From assembly GCA_964584335.1 (NCBI GenBank), contig CAZOZN010000002.1:162974-226973 (forward strand): 64,000 bases of DNA. The letters are read 5' to 3'. The notes beneath the pieces were generated by a model. The model saw only the letters and a program-made list of their open reading frames with translations. It had not been told where the DNA came from and did not search any database. Positions 37,201-45,356 of the stretch are shown piece after piece. The position numbers were made by a program, and so were the translations under genes. This DNA comes from an uncultured archaeon (GTDB lineage Archaea; Aenigmatarchaeota; Aenigmatarchaeia; PWEA01; JAGHBM01). Numbering within the stretch: the first letter of the stretch is position 1; each line of letters begins with the position of its first letter.

Positions 37201-38232
37201 CTATAATACTTCTTCATAAACTTTTATTAATTCATCTGTAAAGTTGTCCCAAGTATATATCTTGGATTTTTTTCTGTTTTCTTCCCCCATCCTTTGAGCT
37301 TCTTTTGGATTTTCTATAAGGTATCTTATGGAATCTACCAGCTGTTTTGTGTTCTCTTTTTCCACTTTAAATCCCTCGTAATCAAGGGGTATGGTAGATA
37401 CTATAGCGCAACCCGATGCCATCGCCTCCGCCAGAACAAGCCCAAAACCTTCTCCTATCGAAGGCAGGCAAAAAACAAGAGCCTTTGAATAATAATCAAA
37501 CATTTCTTCTCTGTCTATCCATCCCAGAAACTCGACATTTTTCGGGGCCATCTCCTTAAGAGCTTTGCTTTCTCTGCCCTTTCCCGTGAGCTTGAATTTT
37601 ATGTCAGGAAGTTCTCTAGCAGCAAGCATGAGATATTTCAATCCCTTTTGTTTTGCAAGTCTTCCGGCGAAGAAAACAAAAGGCTCTTTCTCTGTTTTTT
37701 TGAATTTATCCCTGTCTATTACCAGGCCAGGCGGTATTATCTTTGTTATTTTTTCGCTGAGACCGTGTTCAAGAGCCTGCTTTCTTGCGTAGCTGCTTAA
37801 AAAAACCACTTTGTCGTAATTGTGAAGTATTTGCATCCTTTCCATGTAGTCGGATATGGAACCTAACATTTTTCCGCGCATCTTTATCCATCCCTTTCCA
37901 TACATTCCATGAACTATACACACTACCGGTTTTTTTAGCAGTTTGCCAGCAACATAAGAAGGGAAACATGCATTGTAGTTGTTTGTCTGTATTAAGTCAA
38001 AGTCTTTGGCCTTTTTTAGTATTTGGGGTATTGCAAAGTTTAACGCATATCTGTTTATTGGGATTCTATGTGTTACAATGTCTTCATACTTTTTTATTTT
38101 TGGGTCTCCTGTTGTAAGAACTTCGACATAAACTCCCTTTTTCTGAAGAGTTTTTGTTACGTGATAAACAACTTCCTCTCCGCCACCATGACACACGGGC
38201 ATAAACAACTCATGTGTCATTAGAACTCTCAT
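37201..38232 (-). CDS. GT4 glycosyltransferase
   Basis: GGGE, GRLAKQKG, EGFGLVLAEAMASG. Confidence 0.92.
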   Translation of the reverse strand: MRVLMTHELFMPVCHGGGEEVVYHVTKTLQKKGVYVEVLTTGDPKIKKYEDIVTHRIPINRYALNFAIPQILKKAKDFDLIQTNNYNACFPSYVAGKLLKKPVVCIVHGMYGKGWIKMRGKMLGSISDYMERMQILHNYDKVVFLSSYARKQALEHGLSEKITKIIPPGLVIDRDKFKKTEKEPFVFFAGRLAKQKGLKYLMLAARELPDIKFKLTGKGRESKALKEMAPKNVEFLGWIDREEMFDYYSKALVFCLPSIGEGFGLVLAEAMASGCAIVSTIPLDYEGFKVEKENTKQLVDSIRYLIENPKEAQRMGEENRKKSKIYTWDNFTDELIKVYEEVL

Positions 38233-38263
38233 TTTATCACACAAAATTATTTGAATTAATATA

Positions 38264-40432
38264 TTATATGTTTTCTATTGCTTTTTCTATTTTTAGCCTG
38301 TATATTTTTACCTGCTCGTTCATGAAAACCCTTTCAAAATATTCTGTATCTTCCTCTTCTTTAAAGAACATTCTTGTGAACAATGAGTTTTCATGATTTG
38401 TTGGTATGTAAACAGTATATCCAAATTGTGGATGAATCCATACAGTTCCGGGTATAGTGTTGTTCAGATTTTCAAAAGAAACTTGAGCAACCGAACCGTT
38501 TTGCTGGTATATTAGCATTTTTTCTATTACAACTTCACCGTCTTCTGCCTCAATTTTTGGAGTTATTGTGTTGTTTGAGAAATCTAAAACCAAACCACCC
38601 CTGTATAATAATTTTGTTTCTCTTTGTTCTGACAAAGGCATTTGCGTGTAGAGAGGGCAAATTTGCTGGCCATTGTTTGTTAGTATACCCGTTCCGTCAC
38701 AGCCAGTTCCAAAGTACTGAAGCCATCTAAATTTACCTATCAAATCGTCTGATGCAATCCAGTATATTTCTGATGCATCTCCTTTGTAGTTCAATAAAAT
38801 TTTTGCAGCTTCTGTTTCATTATCCGTATTGAATATTTTGCCCAGATGTGTTATTCTTGTGTTTAACCCAGGGTCACAAGTTCTTTCTGGGCAGTGTGCC
38901 CCGTCTGCTATGTTTCTTCTTTCTGATATTGCTGCTATCCTGTGACCAGGGTCCCACCAAGTTCCGACTACACTATCTTCCGGTGTATTATCCCTAAGGA
39001 AAAAATAAGCCTCTTTCCAGTTGTTGTTTATCGGGTTTCTTTCTGATTGTTGCGTTGCGACTTGTGTTGCTTGGGATAGAGTAACTAAGCACACAAAAAC
39101 AGCAACTCCCATTATTATTGCCTTTGATATTTTTGGTGTTTTTTCTTTTTCTTTTTTGTAGTAAGGATATAGAACTATCATCAGTGCGGTAAATATTGCT
39201 AGTAAAATTCCTCCAGAAGGTTGCGTGAATGATACTAAAACGGACGCGAGGAAAAGAAAACCTATCAAGGGAGCCATATTACCCATTTCTTTAAGACTTT
39301 TGTATGCTTCTGATATAGCAATGCCGCCAGAAACTGCTGCAGCGGGTGCGAAAACAAGCATAAAACGAACACCTCTTGTTATCGCGAAGAAAGTCACACC
39401 CAACCAAGTTAAAAGTATAATACCGTCTTTTAAATCCCTTTTAAGGAGAAGAATAACACCGGTTATTGAGAATATGAACGGTATTGATAGTTCGCTAAAT
39501 AATCTGCTCCAAGCACCACCGAGAATGTTTAAGTTTTGCAATTCTGCTACGGAAATGTTTACTATTTGTACCTGTGCTGGATTAAATGTAAATCCTACTA
39601 ATGCAGTTATTATTGAGTAGGGGTTGTAACCCATCAACCAAACCAAAACAGACGAAGCTATGAATATTAACAGCAACGGAAAAAAAGTTTTTTTGAATAT
39701 TTTGAAGGATTTTTTTGCCCTTTCTCCCATTTCAGGCATTACCTTATTTTTTTCGCTTCCGGTTCTCCATTCTTTTTTGCCTATAAAAACCAATGTGATA
39801 AAGTAAGCAAAACTTGAAATCATTACTATTATTGGAATATACCAACCTTGTCCCCATGTCAAGCCAAAAAGAACCAAACCCAGGAAAGCAAGAATATGAT
39901 TAATCAAACTTTTCTTTTTGAAAGATCTTACCAGCAGGTACATTGTTAGCAGGGTGAAGAAAACAACCAAACCGTCTGTGTCGTAGAAACCGGCCATTGT
40001 TCTTGTAAGAACTGCGACACTTGTTCCTATGAAGAAGGCCGCTAAAAGTCCTGCTTTTTTGTCTGAAAATTCCTTTCCAAGAAAGAATGCGGGTATTGTA
40101 GCCAAAGCTCCATAAATACCTGCCATATACTTGCAGAAAAGCATTAAAGACATTCCCGAACCGAATATCATATATAGGTAAGCAGTAGTATAATGCATAA
40201 CAGGCGGATGGTTTATTGGTCTGCCGGGCGGGTAATAACTCATCGAATCCCACGCGGGCATTATTCCGTTTTCTACAACATAACCAGTATATCTGTAGTG
40301 AAAGTATGGGTCATAAGCTAACAGCCAGTCCCCGTCCAGAGTGAAAAATCTGATATGTAAAGACAATAGAAATATTATTAACAGTGCTATCAGGTACCAT
40401 CTTTTTTTAAGAACTTTTTTTATTTTTTCCAT
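38264..40432 (-). CDS. aglB: Oligosaccharyltransferase AglB (STT3)
   Basis: YDPYFHYR, GFYDTD, SVAEL, RF, TWWDPGH, DDLIGKF. Confidence 0.95.
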   Translation of the reverse strand: MEKIKKVLKKRWYLIALLIIFLLSLHIRFFTLDGDWLLAYDPYFHYRYTGYVVENGIMPAWDSMSYYPPGRPINHPPVMHYTTAYLYMIFGSGMSLMLFCKYMAGIYGALATIPAFFLGKEFSDKKAGLLAAFFIGTSVAVLTRTMAGFYDTDGLVVFFTLLTMYLLVRSFKKKSLINHILAFLGLVLFGLTWGQGWYIPIIVMISSFAYFITLVFIGKKEWRTGSEKNKVMPEMGERAKKSFKIFKKTFFPLLLIFIASSVLVWLMGYNPYSIITALVGFTFNPAQVQIVNISVAELQNLNILGGAWSRLFSELSIPFIFSITGVILLLKRDLKDGIILLTWLGVTFFAITRGVRFMLVFAPAAAVSGGIAISEAYKSLKEMGNMAPLIGFLFLASVLVSFTQPSGGILLAIFTALMIVLYPYYKKEKEKTPKISKAIIMGVAVFVCLVTLSQATQVATQQSERNPINNNWKEAYFFLRDNTPEDSVVGTWWDPGHRIAAISERRNIADGAHCPERTCDPGLNTRITHLGKIFNTDNETEAAKILLNYKGDASEIYWIASDDLIGKFRWLQYFGTGCDGTGILTNNGQQICPLYTQMPLSEQRETKLLYRGGLVLDFSNNTITPKIEAEDGEVVIEKMLIYQQNGSVAQVSFENLNNTIPGTVWIHPQFGYTVYIPTNHENSLFTRMFFKEEEDTEYFERVFMNEQVKIYRLKIEKAIENI

Positions 40433-40481
40433 GGAATGACCGTATTTTGTTTACTCATAAAAACAATAGTATATAACACTT

Positions 40482-41156
40482 TTAAAGCTTAAAGAGTTTT
40501 TTAAACAAGAACTTTGCGTTGTGTATACCGTCCATTACTGTTATTCCTTTTATTTTTGCTTTTGTTACTATTGGTATTTCTTTTACTTTTAGTTTGTTTT
40601 TTGCTATCTCGAATACCATTTCACCCTCTATTTCATATCTTTTTGCTTCCAAGTTCATTTTTCTAAGCGCGCTTGTTTTCAGAGCCCTGTAACCGGATTG
40701 GGTATCTCCCAACCATTTATGGCTCAATAATCCCTTGGGTCCGAAAGAGAAAAAATTTGTGATAAAGTTAAGTCCGAAGTTTCCAATTACATTTCTGGGA
40801 AAGGTGTAAAAACGACCGGCGTACCTTGAACCTATTACGACATCATTGTCTTTGAGTTCTTTAACCAGTTTGGGTATGTATTTTGGGTAATGTTGTCCGT
40901 CCGAGTCCAAAAACACTATGACATCTGCCCCGTTTTCTTCTGCGATGTAAGCTCCTGTTCTCAAAGCAAAACCTTTTCCATGGTTAAAATACAGATTTAT
41001 TATTTCTGCTTCTGTTTTTTCTGCTTCCTTCATGCTACAATCATGAGAACCGTCATCCACGTATATTACATCATCTACGTACTTTTCTGTTTCACTTATA
41101 ACGTCTTTTACTGTTTTTTCGACGTTATATCCAGGAATAACCGCTGTTATATTCAT
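40482..41156 (-). CDS. GT2 glycosyltransferase (Dol-P-mannose synthase-like)
   Basis: VIPGYN, VDDGS.D, GKG.AL, DSDGQH, DTQSGYRA, YEIE; start moved to ATG 41156. Confidence 0.92.
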   Translation of the reverse strand: MNITAVIPGYNVEKTVKDVISETEKYVDDVIYVDDGSHDCSMKEAEKTEAEIINLYFNHGKGFALRTGAYIAEENGADVIVFLDSDGQHYPKYIPKLVKELKDNDVVIGSRYAGRFYTFPRNVIGNFGLNFITNFFSFGPKGLLSHKWLGDTQSGYRALKTSALRKMNLEAKRYEIEGEMVFEIAKNKLKVKEIPIVTKAKIKGITVMDGIHNAKFLFKKLFKL

Positions 41157-41202
41157 AAATATATAAAGCCCCATTAAGAATAAATAAAGTTGGGGGTAAT
41201 TC

Positions 41203-42645
41203 TTGTTGAAGGTTCTTTTTTTAAATCCACCGCACAAATTCAGGATAAGCAGGTGTAGTAGGTGGCCGGAACATACAAAATCCGGAACGCTTTATTTTCC
41301 TTACTGGCTTGCTTATGCCGCGGGAGTTTCCTTGGAAAAAGGACACGAAGTTTCTCTTTTGGATGCAATAGCAAAAAATTGGAGTTTTGAAAAAACCTTG
41401 GATGAAATAAAAAAATTCAATCCGGATTTGATTGTTCTGGAAACAGTAACTCCTACTTTTTTTAGCGATATGAGATTTGTAAGTTTTGTAAAACAGAATA
41501 TTGATACAAAACTTTGTCTTGTCGGTACCCACGTAAGTGTCTTTCCAAAAAAATCCTTGAGAGAAAGCAAGGCGGATTATGTTGCAATAAAGGAATATGA
41601 TTATACAGTTCTGGATTTGCTTGAAAATTTGAATGGAAAAAAAGATTTGAAAGACATAGAAGGAATAGCTTATAAAGAAGATGACGATGTTTTTGTAAAC
41701 AAAGAAAGGGAATTACTGACAGACATGGATTCATTACCTTTCGTTTCTAAGGTGTATAAGAAATTTCTTGATATAGAGGATTATAGGTATTCTTTGGCCA
41801 GACATCCCATGGTACAAATATGGAGTGCGAGGGGTTGTCCCAATATGTGTACGTTTTGCCAGTATCCTCAAGTTTTTTCTGGAAGATGTTTCAGGTCAAG
41901 GTCGCCGGAAAATTTCGTAGACGAACTTGAATGGGTTAAAAAAAACCTTCCACAGGTAAAGGAAATTTTCGTTGAGGACGATACTATGACTATTGACAAG
42001 GAGAGAATAATCAGAATATGTGATTTGATAAGGGAAAGAAATCTTAAAATAGTCTGGTCTGCCAATTTAAGGGCGGATGTTCCTTACGAAGTTTTAAAGA
42101 AAATGAAAGAATCCGGATTCAGGATGGCTATAGTTGGTTATGAGAGCGGCAACCAAGAGGTTCTTAATAATATAAGAAAGGGAGTTTTATTGGAGAGAAC
42201 GATAAAATTTACTGAAGATTGTAAGAAATTGGGGATAAAAATATTCGGCTGCTTTATGGTAGGTTTACCCGGAGAAACCAGGGAAACTGTTTACCAGACT
42301 CTTGATTATGCTAAGAGACTTAATCCTGATATGGCTTTCTTCCAGCATTCAGTTCCTTTCCCCGGGACACGGTTTTACGAGTGGGCAAAGAAAGAAAATT
42401 GTCTTGTCACTGAGGATTGGGATGAATGGCTTGATGAAAATGGAAGGTTGGGTTTTTTGATTGATTGCCCTGAGATGTCAAGAAAAAAAGTAAGGGAACT
42501 GAGAGATGAAATAACAAAAAAGTTTTATACAAACCCGAAGTGGATAGGTTACGCGTTGACACACAATATTCATCCATATGAAATGGTCAGGATGATTAAG
42601 GCAGGTGTTGACTATTTTAAGTTTTTAGTAAGTGAGAGTGATTAA
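41203..42645 (+). CDS. B12-binding-domain radical SAM protein, HpnJ/calditol synthase-like
   Basis: N-terminal SRWP..YFPYWLAYAAG, RGCPNMCTFC (CxxxCxxC), EDDT, GYESG, FMVGLPGET, PFPGT. Confidence 0.85.
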   Translation: MLKVLFLNPPHKFRISRCSRWPEHTKSGTLYFPYWLAYAAGVSLEKGHEVSLLDAIAKNWSFEKTLDEIKKFNPDLIVLETVTPTFFSDMRFVSFVKQNIDTKLCLVGTHVSVFPKKSLRESKADYVAIKEYDYTVLDLLENLNGKKDLKDIEGIAYKEDDDVFVNKERELLTDMDSLPFVSKVYKKFLDIEDYRYSLARHPMVQIWSARGCPNMCTFCQYPQVFSGRCFRSRSPENFVDELEWVKKNLPQVKEIFVEDDTMTIDKERIIRICDLIRERNLKIVWSANLRADVPYEVLKKMKESGFRMAIVGYESGNQEVLNNIRKGVLLERTIKFTEDCKKLGIKIFGCFMVGLPGETRETVYQTLDYAKRLNPDMAFFQHSVPFPGTRFYEWAKKENCLVTEDWDEWLDENGRLGFLIDCPEMSRKKVRELRDEITKKFYTNPKWIGYALTHNIHPYEMVRMIKAGVDYFKFLVSESD

Positions 42646-42647
42646 AA

Positions 42648-43607
42648 GTGAAGGAACCTTCTGTTACAATTTTCTTGACTGTTAAGAATTCTTCAGAAAC
42701 AATAAAAAAATGCGTCGATTCTCTTTTGAATCTGAATTATAGTAATTACAGCATTTACGTAACTGATGCTTATTCTACAGACGGTACTTTTGAAATTCTT
42801 AAGGAATACGAGGACAAGATAAAACTTGAGCAAGTCAGGGGCAATATGTCAAAGGCTTACAACCATATGACAAAAAGAACTAACACAGATTTTATTGCTT
42901 ACACAGATGCTGATTGTGTTGTTGACAGTGATTGGTTGAGTGAGTTGGTTTCTGGTTTTGAAAAAGAAGAAGTGATAGCGGTTGCAGGCTTTTGCGGAAC
43001 TCCAGACGGCTTGTCTAATTTTCAAAATGCAATAGGAAAGGAGCTTGAGCAAAGATTCAAAGATTTCCCCAAGTACATTAAAAGGGCACCCACAATGAAT
43101 CTTGCTATTAGGACAGAAGTGGCAAAGAAGGTGGAGTATGACGAGAGTCTTGACGTAAGTCAGGAGACAGATTGGTGCTATAAGATAAATAAATACGGCA
43201 AGATACTTTATAATCCGAATGCAAAAGTTTTTCATTATCACAGAAGCAATATAAGAAGTTATTTCAAACAACAGAAGAAGTACGGAAAATTTGTTGTTCT
43301 TACCTACTTGGGCAGACATAGAAAAGAAATAAAGGGAGATAACGTGTCACCCACATACATGGCCTTGCAGATACCTTTCTTCTGGGCGTCAGTTTATTTT
43401 ATTTTACTTTCTCTTATAAATTTCAGTTTGATTTATTTTTCTCTGTTTTTTGTTTTTTTGATTTTTTTGATATACCTTTTTAACATTTTTAAGATTAAAC
43501 CGAGATTAATTGAACTGCCTGTTTATTTTTTTATTTTTGTCTTGAGAACAGTTGCCTGGTCGATTGGTTTCGTAAGCGGACTAATTCTTTTGATTAAATC
43601 GAAATGA
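42648..43607 (+). CDS. GT2 glycosyltransferase with C-terminal TM helices
   Basis: DAYSTDGT, YTDADC, QETD, QQKKY; C-terminal hydrophobic helices; co-operonic with the radical SAM gene. Confidence 0.88.
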   Translation: MKEPSVTIFLTVKNSSETIKKCVDSLLNLNYSNYSIYVTDAYSTDGTFEILKEYEDKIKLEQVRGNMSKAYNHMTKRTNTDFIAYTDADCVVDSDWLSELVSGFEKEEVIAVAGFCGTPDGLSNFQNAIGKELEQRFKDFPKYIKRAPTMNLAIRTEVAKKVEYDESLDVSQETDWCYKINKYGKILYNPNAKVFHYHRSNIRSYFKQQKKYGKFVVLTYLGRHRKEIKGDNVSPTYMALQIPFFWASVYFILLSLINFSLIYFSLFFVFLIFLIYLFNIFKIKPRLIELPVYFFIFVLRTVAWSIGFVSGLILLIKSK

Positions 43608-43671
43608 ATGCTTTATACCAGATAATTTTATATATAGAAAAATTTGTTTTTTAATTATAGAGGTAGATTTG

Positions 43672-43878
43672 ATGGTTAAGAAAAAAAGTACCAAGAAAAA
43701 AACAAAAAAGAAAACAATGAAGAAAGTAAGGTGCGCAGCGAAGACAAGAGATGGAAAGAGATGCAAGAACTTTGCATCAGGCAGGTCTAAATATTGTAAG
43801 GCTCATCAGAAGGCAAGTTCAAGAGGGCCTAAGAAAAAGAAGACCACAAAGAAAAAGAAAACCAGAAAGAAAAAATGA
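43672..43878 (+). CDS. Small Lys-rich protein with C-x9-C-x10-C-x2-H zinc finger
   Basis: GAGGT SD; CAAKTRDGKRCKNFASGRSKYCKAH flanked by TKKK repeats; T-rich tract after the stop. Confidence 0.8.
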   Translation: MVKKKSTKKKTKKKTMKKVRCAAKTRDGKRCKNFASGRSKYCKAHQKASSRGPKKKKTTKKKKTRKKK

Positions 43879-43946
43879 TTTTTATCTTTCATCACAAAAC
43901 ACCCCCTATTTTTAATTTATTTAACCCTTCCAGTTCTTAGTATGAA

Positions 43947-44018
43947 TGCAATGGCGATGAAAATACCGTCCCAAAGGGATTTTTAGATGACCGGAAAGGT
44001 AGCTATTGAGCCATTGCA
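43947..44018 (+). ncRNA. Candidate box C/D guide sRNA
   Basis: 9-bp terminal stem TGCAATGGC/GCCATTGCA; box C GCGATGA, D' GGGA, C' TAGATGA, D TTGA; guide TACCGTCCCA is complementary (one G-U) to the conserved 23S P-loop UGGGGCGGUA. Confidence 0.6.
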
Positions 44019-44082
44019 CTATAAAAAAGCTTAAATACTTGATAATTTTAATAAAATTACAAATTAGAACGGAGGTAAAAAA

Positions 44083-44391
44083 ATGGTAGAATTTGAGACA
44101 ATTGAATCAACTGAAGTAAAATTTGGAAATAACAACTTCATTGAGATTGGGAAGAAAAAAGCCATAACTGACGAAGGGGAAAACGTTTTTATTTCTCTTT
44201 CCAGAGGTTTTTTCACACCAGACAATGAAAGGAGATATAAGAAGAATTTTGCATTACCAAACGAAGCTGGTGTAATAAAGAAAATAATAGAAGCACTACA
44301 GGATTTGGATGTGCCAGAAGGTTCAGAAGATTCTGATGAAGAAGCGGCTGAAGAAGATGCAGATGATTCAAGCGAAGAAGAAGAAGAGTGA
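44083..44391 (+). CDS. Hypothetical protein, possible PC4/PUR-like nucleic-acid-binding fold with acidic tail
   Basis: GGAGGT SD; beta-rich core FISLSRGFFTPDNERRYKKNFALP then a helix; C-terminal Asp/Glu-rich tail. Confidence 0.6.
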   Translation: MVEFETIESTEVKFGNNNFIEIGKKKAITDEGENVFISLSRGFFTPDNERRYKKNFALPNEAGVIKKIIEALQDLDVPEGSEDSDEEAAEEDADDSSEEEEE

Positions 44392-44410
44392 GAAAAACCT
44401 TTTACTTTAT

Positions 44411-44439
44411 AATTCTGCTCTTAGAGCAGAATTTTTTTT
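44411..44439 (+). terminator. Hairpin plus T-run terminator
   Basis: AATTCTGCTC-TTA-GAGCAGAATT followed by a T-run, 20 nt after the stop at 44391. Confidence 0.6.
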
Positions 44440-44483
44440 GTTTTTTATTAAATAATTAAATATAACTGTCTTATACTATTATT

Positions 44484-45356
44484 ATGCCTGAAGAGTTGTT
44501 TACGGGAGGTTCTCCTTTGTGTTCTGGTTGCATGTCTTCTCTTGGTTTGAAGATTGCTCTGGAAACCTTGGGCAAAAATACTATAGTTGTAAATTCTTCC
44601 GGATGCCTTACTCTCTTATCTGTTTATCCCAATTCTCCAATGAGAGTTCCGTTTATTCATGTAGCGATAGAGAATGCAGGTGCAGTTGCTAGCGGCATAT
44701 ACTCGGCATACAAGCAGAAAGGAGAACATGTCAATATTTTGATTTATGCGGGAGACGGTGCTACGTATGATATAGGTTTTCAGTCGCTTTCCGGTGCTTG
44801 CGACAGAAGGGATGATTTTTTGTATGTTTGCTATAACAATCAGGCGTTTATGAATACGGGGATACAACAATCTAGTGCGACTCCTCTTGGAGCAGCTACT
44901 AAAACAACACCAAGCGGCGAGGAAAATAAGATGGGAAATTTATTTCAAAGAAAACCTATAGAGAGGATAATTGCGGCACATGGAGTTCCTTATGTTGCTA
45001 CTGCATGTGTTTCTTTTCCTGAGGATTATAAGAACAAACTTGAGAAGGCCATGAACATTGTCGGCCCGAAATTTATAGACCTGTTATGTCCCTGTCCTAC
45101 TGGATGGGGTTTCAAGCCCCAAGACGGTATAGATATAGGCAAGCGTGCAGTTCAAACTGGTCTGTGGCCTCTTTACGAGATAGAAAACAACAAACTCAAA
45201 ATAACCCACAAACCCAATAAACTTAGGCCAGTTGAAGATTATTTTTCATTACAAAAAAGATACAGGCATCTTGGTAGTGAGCAAAAGAAGACTATACAGA
45301 ATGTTGTTAATCATAGATGGAAGGAGTTGTTAAAGGGAGATTTTTATGGATTTTAG
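44484..45356 (+). CDS. porB: Pyruvate/2-oxoacid:ferredoxin oxidoreductase beta subunit
   Basis: LCSGC, SGC, GDGATYDIG, YNNQAFMNTGIQQS, PCPTGW. Confidence 0.92.
   Translation: MPEELFTGGSPLCSGCMSSLGLKIALETLGKNTIVVNSSGCLTLLSVYPNSPMRVPFIHVAIENAGAVASGIYSAYKQKGEHVNILIYAGDGATYDIGFQSLSGACDRRDDFLYVCYNNQAFMNTGIQQSSATPLGAATKTTPSGEENKMGNLFQRKPIERIIAAHGVPYVATACVSFPEDYKNKLEKAMNIVGPKFIDLLCPCPTGWGFKPQDGIDIGKRAVQTGLWPLYEIENNKLKITHKPNKLRPVEDYFSLQKRYRHLGSEQKKTIQNVVNHRWKELLKGDFYGF

Noticed and set aside
43947-44018. Hammerhead ribozyme or fluoride riboswitch
   Set aside because: GATGA, GAAA and GTC words are present, but the CUGAUGA core, stem II and the crcB pseudoknot pairings are not satisfied; the box C/D model fits better
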